Shown piece by piece: positions 1 to 9,759 of a DNA stretch of 64,000 nt. Below the pieces are notes generated by a model, which saw nothing but the letters and a program-made list of their open reading frames with translations, had not been told where the DNA came from and did not search any database. The translations under genes and the position numbers were made by a program. The stretch comes from Candidatus Falkowbacteria bacterium (GTDB taxonomy: Bacteria > Patescibacteriota > Patescibacteriia > UBA11705 > JACRDX01). The stretch is taken from the NCBI GenBank assembly GCA_043798985.1, contig JAZDOE010000023.1, positions 3,626-67,625 on the forward strand, in the 5' to 3' direction. How positions within the stretch are numbered: position 1 is the first letter of the stretch; each line of letters opens with the position of its first letter.

Positions 1-204
1 TATTTGGATATAATACTAAAAATAGGCCTTTTCGGCCTTCTAATTTATTTATTGATTATTTTTAACGCGGCAAAAGCGATTTTTCGGCAATCGCCAGAAT
101 TAATTATTGGCCTCGCAGGGTTGCTTGCCACGCACATGTTCACACCATATTTGAATCATCCGCTGGGAATCGGCTTCATTATTATTTTAGCGTGCTTCCT
201 ATAA
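1..204 (+). CDS. C-terminal fragment of a polytopic membrane protein, likely O-antigen ligase/Wzy family (starts before window)
   Basis: Hydrophobic ORF running off the left edge; 'DIILKIGLFG' and 'FTPYLNHPLG' resemble Wzy_C C-termini. Confidence 0.55.
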   Translation, partial: YLDIILKIGLFGLLIYLLIIFNAAKAIFRQSPELIIGLAGLLATHMFTPYLNHPLGIGFIIILACFL

Positions 205-1126
205 AATTTTTCTGTCCATTTGCAAATGCCTCAATTGGCATTTTATTTTTTCCTTCAAGCTGAACCTCGTCCAACACAAGATAATCGCGCCCGGTTTTAA
301 CACAAATATCATCGCCATTTTTAAACACTTCGCCGGTTTGTCTTTTGTCAATTTCCTCTGGCACAACTCTTGCCTTGTTAATAACCAAACGCTTGTCATC
401 AAAAAAACAAAACGCGGCCGGCCATGGCGTAAACGCGCGAATTTTATTGTTTATCATTTGCGCTGAATTGATCCACGCAATCCGACCATCATCTTTGTCA
501 ATTATCTTACAAAAAGAAGCCTTTGTTTCGTCCTGAATTTTTAACACAACATTATCTTTAACATACTCTGGAATCACTGATACCAACAAATCCGCGCCCA
601 ATTTTGACAATTTATCATGCATGCTGCCCGCGTCATCTTCCGGTAAAATGGCCGCGATTTCTTGCGCCAAAATATCGCCCGTATCAAGCCCCAAATCCAT
701 GAGAATAATGCTCGCGCCAGTTTGCTTTTCGCCGTTTAACAATGCCGCCTGAATAGGGGACGCGCCGCGATATTTTGGCAAAAGCGATGGGTGAACGTTC
801 AGGCAACCATGTTTTGGCAAATTAATGATTTCCCGCGGCAAAATTTTTCCATAAGCTGCCACAGCAATGATATCTGGCTGTATTTTTTCCAATTCTCGCA
901 AAATTTCTTTATTGTCTCGCAATTTTTCCGGTTGAAAAACAGGAATGTTGAGTTGCTGCGCCAAATTTTTAATGGGCGACGGCTGTAAAATAAAATCGCG
1001 GCCAAAGGGTTTGTCTGGCTGCGTGATTACGGCCGCCACATTAAATTCCGTCGCCAATTTCTGTAAAATCGGCGCAGCAAATTCGGGCGTGCCCATGAAA
1101 ACAATTTTAATTGATTTATTATCCAT
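182..1126 (-). CDS. fmt: Methionyl-tRNA formyltransferase
   Basis: IVFMGTPEFA, NVHPSLLPKYRGASPIQ, LDTGDI motifs; next to def. Confidence 0.97.
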   Translation of the reverse strand: MDNKSIKIVFMGTPEFAAPILQKLATEFNVAAVITQPDKPFGRDFILQPSPIKNLAQQLNIPVFQPEKLRDNKEILRELEKIQPDIIAVAAYGKILPREIINLPKHGCLNVHPSLLPKYRGASPIQAALLNGEKQTGASIILMDLGLDTGDILAQEIAAILPEDDAGSMHDKLSKLGADLLVSVIPEYVKDNVVLKIQDETKASFCKIIDKDDGRIAWINSAQMINNKIRAFTPWPAAFCFFDDKRLVINKARVVPEEIDKRQTGEVFKNGDDICVKTGRDYLVLDEVQLEGKNKMPIEAFANGQKNFIGSTLK

Positions 1127-1128
1127 GA

Positions 1129-1563
1129 CTATTTATCAATTATTAAAATTCCGTCTAAATGATCTATTTCGTGCTGCAAAACGCGGGCAAATAAACCTGT
1201 TGCGTTCAGCTCCTGTTTTTCTGCGTTCATATCATAAAACTCAACTGTAATTTTTGTTGACCGCCGAACACGAATTGACCGCCCGGGCACGCTCAAACAA
1301 CCTTCTTCTGCTGTTTCTTTTTTCCACGAACGGCTTAAAATTTTAGGATTTATAAACACGGCCACGCCTGTTTGCGTCGCTACAATAATGAGCCGCTTAC
1401 TCATACCAACTTGTGGCGCAGCTAAGCCGATTCCATCTTGTTCCAACATTAATCTGCCCATTTCATTAATGAGTTTTTTTATTTTTGGCGACTTAATCTC
1501 GTTCAAGATGACGCGTTTAGCTTTTTTGCGCAAACGTTCATCCGGAAAAATTACTATATCCAT
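1129..1563 (-). CDS. def: Peptide deformylase
   Basis: GIGLAAPQVG, EGCLS, QHEIDHLDG motifs. Confidence 0.97.
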   Translation of the reverse strand: MDIVIFPDERLRKKAKRVILNEIKSPKIKKLINEMGRLMLEQDGIGLAAPQVGMSKRLIIVATQTGVAVFINPKILSRSWKKETAEEGCLSVPGRSIRVRRSTKITVEFYDMNAEKQELNATGLFARVLQHEIDHLDGILIIDK

Positions 1564-1574
1564 AAAGCATTAAA

Positions 1575-3476
1575 TTATAACAATGACACAGGGTCATTGT
1601 CAATTAGCCAGTTAGCGCCAAATAACGCAATAATGTTATTTGATAAATTTTTATTTTTTCCGCTAACAGCGGATTTTAACAAAATTTGCCAACGATATTT
1701 TTTTCTGACTTTTTTCGCGTAAAATGGAAACGCGGGCAAAACATCCAACCCTAAACTTGCCAATTTTTTATAAACCCTGTCAGCCTCTTTTGCGACATTT
1801 GCCTCATCATCACCTTGGCAAATGAATTTTATCAGCTCAACAAACGGCGGATACTTGAAATTTTTTCTAAAATCAATTTCTTGGTCATAAAAAACCGAAT
1901 AGGGAAATCCGAAAGATTTTATCGCGGGGTTATCAACAAATCGCGTTTGAACAATCACTTTGGGAGCTTGCCCTGCAAATTTTGCGCTAACAACCAATTC
2001 GTTCAAAAACTCGTAAAGCCGCGAACTGGCAAAATAATCAGCCAAATACAGCGCGCTGTCAGCGTACACAATGCCAACCAAAGAAAATTGCGGCCAACTT
2101 GGTTTGTTCAAAATTTCAGCTGTCGCGATGACAATATCCGCGTTTAAATCTTCGTCCTTGTCTTCACAAACAATACTCAATCGCGCGGCCGGATATAATT
2201 TGTTAATCGCCTTGGCAACCTGCTCAATGCCAATGCCGCGCTGTTTCAAATTGGAACCATGACATTTTGGGCAGCTCAACAGAATATCTTGTTTATGACC
2301 GCAACGAAAGCACTGCAAATGCTTATCCATAATGCTCATCGGCAGTTTACATGTTGGACATGTCGCTATAAAGCCGCAATCCGAGCAAAATAATGACGTT
2401 GCAGAGCCTTTACGATTAATAATGAGTAAAGACCGCTGTTTCGCTGCCAAAGCTTGTTCTAAGGCTTCCAAAAGCTCAAAAGACATGTGTTTTGACGCTC
2501 GCGCATTGTAAATGTCTTCAGCGCTGACAATGCGCGGTTGCCAATCAGCAGTTCCCAAAACAATTTGTTTCCATTTTTCATTTTTTGCCTCAAAATAATC
2601 AACAATTCTGGGCGCGCAGCTGGTTAAAAATAATATTGAATTATGCTGCGCGCTCAACCATTTCGCAACAGTAATTCCGTGAAATCTTGGATTTTGGTCG
2701 TAATTTTTATAATCAACAGAATGGCTAGAATCAACAAGAATAGCGGTCAGATTATTAAACGTAAAAAATAGCGCGCTGCGCGTGCCAACAATAATTTTAT
2801 ATTTACCTTTAAAAATTCCTTGCCATATCGTGTTATGCTGATTTTTTGCAATCAATGCTTTGGACGTAATAACAATTGTTTGTTCAGCCAGCTTTTTAGG
2901 CAAAAATTGCAAAAATTTTTCCATGCGCGCGATATTCGGAAACAAAAACAAACATTGTTTGTTGTCAGCAACAATGCGCCACGCGGTTTCAATAAAAAAC
3001 TGACTTTTCAATTCATTATCATAATCAAACAACAAATACTTTTTATCGCTTGAACAAAACATTTGTTCAACGATATTTTTTATATTTTTCGCAATATTTG
3101 TTATTGGCCGCGATCCAACTTTTGCGAATGGCACGTCAATATTGCCAGAAAACTTTTTCTTCGGAATATCTGGCACCATCATTCTCAAAATGCCTGGCAG
3201 AGGATAGTAATAATGTTCGGCAATTTTTTGCGCCAGCGCGACTTGCTGCTTTGGCAATATTAACAAACATTTTGGTTGCGCTGTAATTTTTTTTAATTTT
3301 GCAAAAGGAACCAATGACTCTTCCGAAAATCCAACAACTAAACCCAAAATATCCCTATTCCGAAAGGGGATTTCAATCACTTGCCCAACTTCCAACTTTA
3401 TTGCGTCGCCAACAAGATAATCCAAAAAATCCATGTGCCGCGGCATTCGTCTTAATGGCGCGATTTTAACAACCAT
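1575..3476 (-). CDS. priA: Primosomal protein N' (PriA), helicase motifs degenerate
   Basis: 3'-binding-domain-like N-terminus, VGTRSA, eight-Cys zinc region (CSDC, CPTC, CFRC, CPKC), YPPF C-terminus; no Walker A; start set at ATG 3476. Confidence 0.85.
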   Translation of the reverse strand: MVVKIAPLRRMPRHMDFLDYLVGDAIKLEVGQVIEIPFRNRDILGLVVGFSEESLVPFAKLKKITAQPKCLLILPKQQVALAQKIAEHYYYPLPGILRMMVPDIPKKKFSGNIDVPFAKVGSRPITNIAKNIKNIVEQMFCSSDKKYLLFDYDNELKSQFFIETAWRIVADNKQCLFLFPNIARMEKFLQFLPKKLAEQTIVITSKALIAKNQHNTIWQGIFKGKYKIIVGTRSALFFTFNNLTAILVDSSHSVDYKNYDQNPRFHGITVAKWLSAQHNSILFLTSCAPRIVDYFEAKNEKWKQIVLGTADWQPRIVSAEDIYNARASKHMSFELLEALEQALAAKQRSLLIINRKGSATSLFCSDCGFIATCPTCKLPMSIMDKHLQCFRCGHKQDILLSCPKCHGSNLKQRGIGIEQVAKAINKLYPAARLSIVCEDKDEDLNADIVIATAEILNKPSWPQFSLVGIVYADSALYLADYFASSRLYEFLNELVVSAKFAGQAPKVIVQTRFVDNPAIKSFGFPYSVFYDQEIDFRKNFKYPPFVELIKFICQGDDEANVAKEADRVYKKLASLGLDVLPAFPFYAKKVRKKYRWQILLKSAVSGKNKNLSNNIIALFGANWLIDNDPVSLL

Positions 3477-3568
3477 ATGCTTGTATTTTAACACACCAAA
3501 CGCTTTATTGGAAATAAAAAAGAAACGCCTTTTCGCGCCTCTTTTACTAACATTTTTATGGTATTTTT

Positions 3569-4357
3569 TTACGCGAAAACAAATTGTCCGACCAGATAGC
3601 CAACTCCGAATGGCGCTTCATAACTCAAAACCTCAAATTCATAATTCATGTTTTTGATAATTCCCAACAAAACAAGAATTGACCGCAAACCGCATTCGCC
3701 GGCAATTTCTATAAGTTCAGGATCAATTGTTAACACGCTTTCTGTTTTTTTCTGTTTTAACAATTGAACTATTTTTTTATCAAATTGCTTTGCGCGCGGG
3801 GAAAAGCCGGCTGGCGCGTTAAGCGCCAGCCGGTGCGATAAATCGCCGGATGCGATTACAGCATACCGCTTTTCCCCGCGCGCGATCGCTTCTTTTAACT
3901 CTATTCCAAACTGCAAATGTTTTTCATAATTAAATAACGAATAAGTAATCGGCACAATTCGCACATCTTTCAATTTTTGCGCCAAGTAAAACAACGGCAC
4001 TGAACATCCATGATCCAAATTATCCTGCCGCGACAAAACAGTCGGAATTTTTACCTCAACCTGCTCCTTAAAATGATTGATGAATTCCAAATCCGATTTA
4101 AATTTCATTTCAGTTTCAAAATCTCCAAAATCTTGGAATTTTGCAACATATTCTTCCGCAGTATTAATATTAAACGCGTCCGCAAACAATTCGCCGTGCG
4201 GCGAAATAATAATAATAGTATCTGGCGCAGATTTTATCAGCTCTTCTTCCAGCAAACTCAATGCTTTGGCTGTTTTTTTAATTTTATTTAAATTGTCCTG
4301 CCCAATATTCGGAATAAGTATTGGCGGATGGGGGACAATTCCCGCGAAAACCAACAT
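3569..4357 (-). CDS. AmmeMemoRadiSam protein B / LigB-like (MEMO fold) protein
   Basis: VPHPPILIP, ISPH, LDHG, IASGDLSH, ECGLRS, YEAPFGVGY motifs. Confidence 0.85.
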   Translation of the reverse strand: MLVFAGIVPHPPILIPNIGQDNLNKIKKTAKALSLLEEELIKSAPDTIIIISPHGELFADAFNINTAEEYVAKFQDFGDFETEMKFKSDLEFINHFKEQVEVKIPTVLSRQDNLDHGCSVPLFYLAQKLKDVRIVPITYSLFNYEKHLQFGIELKEAIARGEKRYAVIASGDLSHRLALNAPAGFSPRAKQFDKKIVQLLKQKKTESVLTIDPELIEIAGECGLRSILVLLGIIKNMNYEFEVLSYEAPFGVGYLVGQFVFA

Positions 4358-4361
4358 ATTT

Positions 4362-5744
4362 TTATAATGTTAAATCAGCGCCAAGCGCGAGAAAATTCAT
4401 TATTTGTTTGCTCACAACCATGACATTTTTATTGTCATAGCCCAACTTCGTAAAAACATTTTGAGGAACTAATCTGCGTATTCCATTCGCAACAACATAA
4501 ATCGTGTCCTCATCAAAAACCTTTATCAACGCGCCATCTTTTGGCAGAACAGGATCTCCGGTTTTGTACTTGTCCAACTCTTTTGGCGACACTTTAACAA
4601 TCTTCAATGTCGGATAATTAAACAACATAATATCTTTGCCCCAGATTGGATATTTTACGCCATTTTTAAGATAAAAAACAGCACCGGTAGTTTTGTCCTG
4701 CAAAAGCCCGCCAAGAGGAAACGCGTCTTTTATTGTAATCGGCTCACCCAAAACATACCCCATGATATCTATTTCCTCAACCTTGGTTATTTCCTCCGGA
4801 TTAAAGCCCAAAGATTTGAAAACTTCATTGGACTCAAACCTGCGGATTGTTAAACCATCAACCAAATATCTGCCGCCAGTTGGCAGTTGGAGTAAAGAAT
4901 ATTGAGCCAACTTGATATCTTTGCCTTGTTCAAATTTTAAAAGTTCTGTTTTATCAACCAACACAATCATCTTGGTGTCATACCGCGAAACAAAAGCCGC
5001 CCAATTGGTGAACACTCTGCGCTTATTTTTTTGTATGAGCCAAATAGTCGGATCGTCTTTAACTTTCAGCAATGAACCATCCGGATAAATCGGCGCGCTT
5101 GGTAAACTTACAGAATCCCCATAAAAATCTCCCCAAATATCCCAAAGATTGAAATTGCCTGTGACGTGCGGTGTATAATTATACAAATTGGCGGTTGCCT
5201 GATTGGCAATTACAACATCTTGACCATCAATGGTATACGCGTTGCCAATCTTTTTCAACCAACTCAAATTTTGGTTTTCAACATACCAACGCATTAATCC
5301 AGCGCAACGATCTATTTGATTGGCAAAACCCTTAAAAATAGCCTTTGTTGGATCTGACAAATCACAGCTATCGCAAGCGCCATATCCCAATGCCCAGTCA
5401 TATTTTTTTTGCGCAGGGGAAGCGTCAGTAATCAATCCTTGCTCTTTTTGCAACATGGCTATCAAAAATTTCGGATTCACGGTGTAGGTTTTTGCCGCGT
5501 TAAAAATAATATCAGCAGCGTTTTTTACAATACCATCAATATCAGCGGCCCGATAATTTGCCAATGTGCCGGGCTTTGTCGCTAAGAATAACTGAATATC
5601 AGACGCATTCCATTCCACGCCAAACATGTCATTATCCGAAATTATTGCGTTAGCGTCAAAAACACTATCCCGAGCAAATATAAACTGCGGGAATATTAAC
5701 GCAAAAGTAATAATAATTAAACCAAAAAATTTCACTTTACTCAT
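4362..5744 (-). CDS. Secreted protein: putative lysozyme-like N-terminal domain plus four C-terminal repeats
   Basis: Signal peptide; NPKFLIAMLQKEQGLI...GYG; repeats of the type DGSLLK...IWLIQ..KRR. Confidence 0.6.
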   Translation of the reverse strand: MSKVKFFGLIIITFALIFPQFIFARDSVFDANAIISDNDMFGVEWNASDIQLFLATKPGTLANYRAADIDGIVKNAADIIFNAAKTYTVNPKFLIAMLQKEQGLITDASPAQKKYDWALGYGACDSCDLSDPTKAIFKGFANQIDRCAGLMRWYVENQNLSWLKKIGNAYTIDGQDVVIANQATANLYNYTPHVTGNFNLWDIWGDFYGDSVSLPSAPIYPDGSLLKVKDDPTIWLIQKNKRRVFTNWAAFVSRYDTKMIVLVDKTELLKFEQGKDIKLAQYSLLQLPTGGRYLVDGLTIRRFESNEVFKSLGFNPEEITKVEEIDIMGYVLGEPITIKDAFPLGGLLQDKTTGAVFYLKNGVKYPIWGKDIMLFNYPTLKIVKVSPKELDKYKTGDPVLPKDGALIKVFDEDTIYVVANGIRRLVPQNVFTKLGYDNKNVMVVSKQIMNFLALGADLTL

Positions 5745-5761
5745 AAGCTATTTAAAAACGT

Positions 5762-8425
5762 TTATTTATTGGTTTTATTATAGCGCGTTTTCAATTTAAA
5801 TTCTATTTTGCCATTTGCAACTCCAACCAAAACCTTTTGGCCCGCGTGAATCTTCCCTTCAACAATTTCCAAAGCCAGTGGATTTAAAATCTTATGCTGT
5901 ATCACGCGTTTTAAAGGACGCGCGCCAAATGTCGGATCAAATCCTTCTTCTGCCAACAATTTTTTAGCATCTGCGGAAAACTCCAATGTAATTTCTTTTT
6001 CCAACAACCGTTTCGCAACGCGCGCGAGCTGCAAATCAACGATTTTTTCTAAATTCTCTTTTGTTAAACTATTAAAAATAATTGTGTCATCCAGCCGATT
6101 GATAAATTCCGGTCTGAAATGATCGCGCAATCGTTCACCGATTTTTTCACGCATCCGATCTTGTACCGTTCCTTTTCGTGAACTGTCCGCAAAACCGATT
6201 TCATTCTTTGTCGTGATATCTAAAATCAAATCGCCACCAATATTGGACGTCATGATCAAAATGGTATTTTTAAAATTTATCACGCGGCCCTTTGCGTCAG
6301 TCAGCCTGCCATCGTCCATAATTTGCAATAAAATATTCAACGTGTCAGGATGAGCTTTTTCAATTTCATCAAATAGAACAACAGCATATGGCCGGCGCCG
6401 AATTTTTTCAGTCAATTGGCCGCCCTCATCATAACCAACATATCCGGGCGGCGAGCCAACAATTTTTGAGACAGTATGTTTTTCCATGAATTCTGACATG
6501 TCCAAGCGAATGACTGCGTTTTCATCATTAAACATAAATTCAGCGAGCGCTTTTGCCAATTCTGTTTTTCCAACGCCCGTTGGACCAAGGAATAAAAACG
6601 ATCCAATTGGTGTATTTTCCTCTGAAATTCCGGCACGAGATCTGCGCAAAGCATTGGCAACCGCTTTAATCGCGTCTTCTTGGCCAACAACTCGTTGTTG
6701 CAGTTCTTCTTCGGCTTTAACAAGTTTTTCTGATTCTGTTTCCAACATTTTTTGTACCGGAATTCCTGTCCATTTTGAAACAACGCGCGCGATGTCCTGT
6801 TCAGACACTTCTTCCTTTAGCATCGCGCGCCCACTTTCTTTTTGAATTTTAACAAGTTTAGCCTTTGCGATTTTAATCTGTTTGCGCATTTCCGGAATTT
6901 CGCCATAACGCAACTTTGCCACTTTTTCAAACTCTGCTTTTTGCTCCAAAATTTCAGCTTCCTGCTCGGTTTGATCTATTTTTTTATTCAAACCTTGAAT
7001 TTTCACGATCAATTCTTTTTCCTGCGTCCAATGCAAATCAAGTTGTTTTTCTTTTTCTTTCAAATCAGCCAAACGCAATTCTATTTCTTTTAAACGCGAC
7101 TTGGAACTTACCGTTTTATCGGTGTTTAAAGCTTCTTTTTCAATTTCCAACTGCCGAATTTTGCGATTCAACTGGTCAATTTCAACCGGCTTACTTTCAA
7201 TTTCAATGCGCAACGCTGATGTTGCTTCGTCAATCAAATCAACGGCCTTGTCCGGCAAAAAGCGATCGGTAATATATCTTTGCGATAATTTCGCGGCCGC
7301 GACAATCGCGTCGTCAGTAATATGCACGCCATGATGAACTTCATACTTTGCTTTTATTCCGCGCAAAATCGCGATTGTGTCTTCAAGGCTTGGTTCGTTC
7401 ACCAAAATCGGCTGAAATCTTCGCTCCAATGCCGCGTCCTTTTCAATGTACTTTTGATATTCTTTAATCGTTGTCGCGCCAACGCAACGCAATTCACCGC
7501 GCGCCAAAGCCGGCTTTAACATATTTGACGCGTCCATTGCGCCTTCTGTCGCGCCAGCGCCAACTATTGTGTGCAATTCATCAATAAAAACAATGTATTT
7601 GTCAGCGCCTTCTTTGATTTCTTTAAGAACGGCTTTTAACCGTTCTTCAAAATCACCGCGAAATCGTGTGCCAGCTATCAACGCGCCCAAATCCACGGAA
7701 ATAACTTCTTTGCCTTTTAAATTTTCCGGAACATCGCCAACAATAATTCTTTGCGCGAGCCCTTCAACAATTGCCGTCTTTCCTGTGCCCGGTTCGCCAA
7801 TAAGCACCGGGTTGTTTTTTGTTCGGCGCGACAAAACCTGTAAAATTCTGCGGATTTCCTCGTCGCGCCCAATCACCGGATCCAATTTTTTATTTCTAGC
7901 CATTTCAGTCAAATTGACCGTATATTTTTCAATTGCTTTGTATTTTGCTTCTGGCTCAGGGCTGTCAACTTTGTGCGCTCCGCGCAATTCCGCTAAAATT
8001 TTTAAAACAACTTCTTCTTGCACGCCCAATTTTAACAACAGCCGCTGAATAGGGGATTCGGTTTTCAAAATTCCCAAAAACAAATGCTCCACGCTGACAA
8101 AATCATCGCCCATGTTTTTCGCCGCTTGTTCTGAAGTCATCAACGCGTAATTCAAATGCGGTGTGACGTAAACCTGCGCCATTTCTTCAGTGCCCGGATG
8201 AAAATCTTTTGGCATCTTTTGGAGAACGCTTACAATAGCATTATGCAAAGCATCAATGTCAACATTAAGTTTTTGCAAAAGACTGACGACCATGCTATTT
8301 TCTTGTTCCAGCAATGCCAGCAAAAGATGCGGCACGTCAATTTGTTTTTGCTTAAATTCAAACGCCAATCTTTGAGCGTTTTGTAATGCCTCCTGACTAC
8401 GAGTTGTAAATTTATGTGGATCCAT
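5762..8425 (-). CDS. clpB: ATP-dependent chaperone ClpB
   Basis: Clp N repeats, two AAA+ modules (GEPGTGKT, GPTGVGKT), long coiled-coil middle domain. Confidence 0.97.
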   Translation of the reverse strand: MDPHKFTTRSQEALQNAQRLAFEFKQKQIDVPHLLLALLEQENSMVVSLLQKLNVDIDALHNAIVSVLQKMPKDFHPGTEEMAQVYVTPHLNYALMTSEQAAKNMGDDFVSVEHLFLGILKTESPIQRLLLKLGVQEEVVLKILAELRGAHKVDSPEPEAKYKAIEKYTVNLTEMARNKKLDPVIGRDEEIRRILQVLSRRTKNNPVLIGEPGTGKTAIVEGLAQRIIVGDVPENLKGKEVISVDLGALIAGTRFRGDFEERLKAVLKEIKEGADKYIVFIDELHTIVGAGATEGAMDASNMLKPALARGELRCVGATTIKEYQKYIEKDAALERRFQPILVNEPSLEDTIAILRGIKAKYEVHHGVHITDDAIVAAAKLSQRYITDRFLPDKAVDLIDEATSALRIEIESKPVEIDQLNRKIRQLEIEKEALNTDKTVSSKSRLKEIELRLADLKEKEKQLDLHWTQEKELIVKIQGLNKKIDQTEQEAEILEQKAEFEKVAKLRYGEIPEMRKQIKIAKAKLVKIQKESGRAMLKEEVSEQDIARVVSKWTGIPVQKMLETESEKLVKAEEELQQRVVGQEDAIKAVANALRRSRAGISEENTPIGSFLFLGPTGVGKTELAKALAEFMFNDENAVIRLDMSEFMEKHTVSKIVGSPPGYVGYDEGGQLTEKIRRRPYAVVLFDEIEKAHPDTLNILLQIMDDGRLTDAKGRVINFKNTILIMTSNIGGDLILDITTKNEIGFADSSRKGTVQDRMREKIGERLRDHFRPEFINRLDDTIIFNSLTKENLEKIVDLQLARVAKRLLEKEITLEFSADAKKLLAEEGFDPTFGARPLKRVIQHKILNPLALEIVEGKIHAGQKVLVGVANGKIEFKLKTRYNKTNK

Positions 8426-8432
8426 AGATAAA

Positions 8433-8463
8433 AAATTTTAAATTTCAAATTTTAAATTTTCAA
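8433..8463. repeat. AT-rich heptamer tandem repeat in the clpB 5' region
   Basis: AAATTTT-AAATTTC-AAATTTT-AAATTTT. Confidence 0.55.
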
Positions 8464-8469
8464 TGTTGG

Positions 8470-8496
8470 TTAGCACTCTTCAATAGAGACTGCTAA
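8470..8496. promoter_or_regulatory. CIRCE operator (HrcA site) upstream of clpB
   Basis: TTAGCACTC-N9-GACTGCTAA, one mismatch to consensus TTAGCACTC-N9-GAGTGCTAA. Confidence 0.9.
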
Positions 8497-8580
8497 TAGC
8501 ATAAAGCAAAAAAATTATTTCGTCAACCGCAGGGTTTGTGATATTTTAACATTATACCATTTTTGTGCTAAAATTATATT

Positions 8581-9759
8581 ATGCGTATGTTAATTATCCT
8601 TGGCGTAAAAATCAATGATTTATCGTGGCAAGATTTAGCCGATGAAGTCAAGGCAATGCTGGCAAACAAACAGCAACATTTGATTTTTACCCCAAATCCT
8701 GAAATCTGTTTGGCCGCGAATAAAAACGACCAATTTAAAAAAATTCTCAATAGCGCGACGCTCAACATTCCCGATGGTTTTGGTCTGAAAATCGGAGCAT
8801 TGATTCTGGGGCAAAAGCTAAAAAATAGAATTCCAGGCGTTGATTTTGTCGTAAAATTGTGTAAAATAGCTGAACAAAAAAATTGTTCAATAATGTTTGT
8901 TGGCGGCTGGCAAAAAACCGCGGCCGCAGCGGCCGCGGAAATGCGTTGCCAATTTCCAAATTTGAAAATAATAGGGGATAGCGGCCTCCTTGCCAGCCGC
9001 CTCGTTGGCAACAAATTATTTTATGATGACGCAGAAAACAACGCTTTATTATCAAAAATAAATGGTTTTAAACCAGACATACTTTGCGTTGCGCTTGGCG
9101 CGCCAAAACAAGAATTGTGGATAGAAAAAAATATTTCCCAATTGCCGAGCGTCAAAATCAGCGTTGGCGTTGGCGGCACATTTGATTATTTATCCGGCCG
9201 CATAAACCGCGCGCCGCGCGCGGTGCGGACGCTCGGACTTGAATGGCTATTCAGATTAATCGCAGAACCGGCGCGCGCAAAAAGAATCGTTAACGCAATA
9301 TTATTGTTTCCGCTTAGTTGCGCGCGCCAACGATTTTATTCTTTGTTTTGCTATCAACCCGCTTGGCTACCGATCATGTTAAATGAAAGCGGCAAAATTT
9401 TGTTGATCAAGAATAAACAATCGCAGCGCTGGGAATTACCAATACTGGCCGAGCAAAACATCAAACATTTGTCCGAAAATCTTTCGGTCCCAACCAACCA
9501 GTTCGCGATTATAAAAAACCACAAGGCAACAATAAAAGAAAAATTTTCCAAACATCTCAAGCTAACAACCGGCTATTGCGGCGTAAAATATACTATGTCA
9601 ACATTAAAATTGCTTGGAAATAGCCAAAACATAAAATTGTCCGAAGAAAGCAATTGGATTGATTATAAATGGATCGCGCGCGAGTTGTTACAAGATTTAG
9701 GATTGATAAAATTGGTTAAATTTGGTATAATTTTCAAATATGCAAAAACAATCAAATAA
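8581..9759 (+). CDS. WecB/TagA/CpsF family glycosyltransferase with C-terminal extension
   Basis: TPNPE, PDG, ALGAPKQELW, GVGGTFD, RAP, GLEWLFRL motifs. Confidence 0.9.
   Translation: MRMLIILGVKINDLSWQDLADEVKAMLANKQQHLIFTPNPEICLAANKNDQFKKILNSATLNIPDGFGLKIGALILGQKLKNRIPGVDFVVKLCKIAEQKNCSIMFVGGWQKTAAAAAAEMRCQFPNLKIIGDSGLLASRLVGNKLFYDDAENNALLSKINGFKPDILCVALGAPKQELWIEKNISQLPSVKISVGVGGTFDYLSGRINRAPRAVRTLGLEWLFRLIAEPARAKRIVNAILLFPLSCARQRFYSLFCYQPAWLPIMLNESGKILLIKNKQSQRWELPILAEQNIKHLSENLSVPTNQFAIIKNHKATIKEKFSKHLKLTTGYCGVKYTMSTLKLLGNSQNIKLSEESNWIDYKWIARELLQDLGLIKLVKFGIIFKYAKTIK

Noticed and set aside
8918-8938. Perfect palindrome CCGCGGCCGC-A-GCGGCCGCGG in the WecB gene
   Set aside because: It encodes an Ala run at a normal helix position; GCG/GCC codons explain the symmetry and no indel is apparent.
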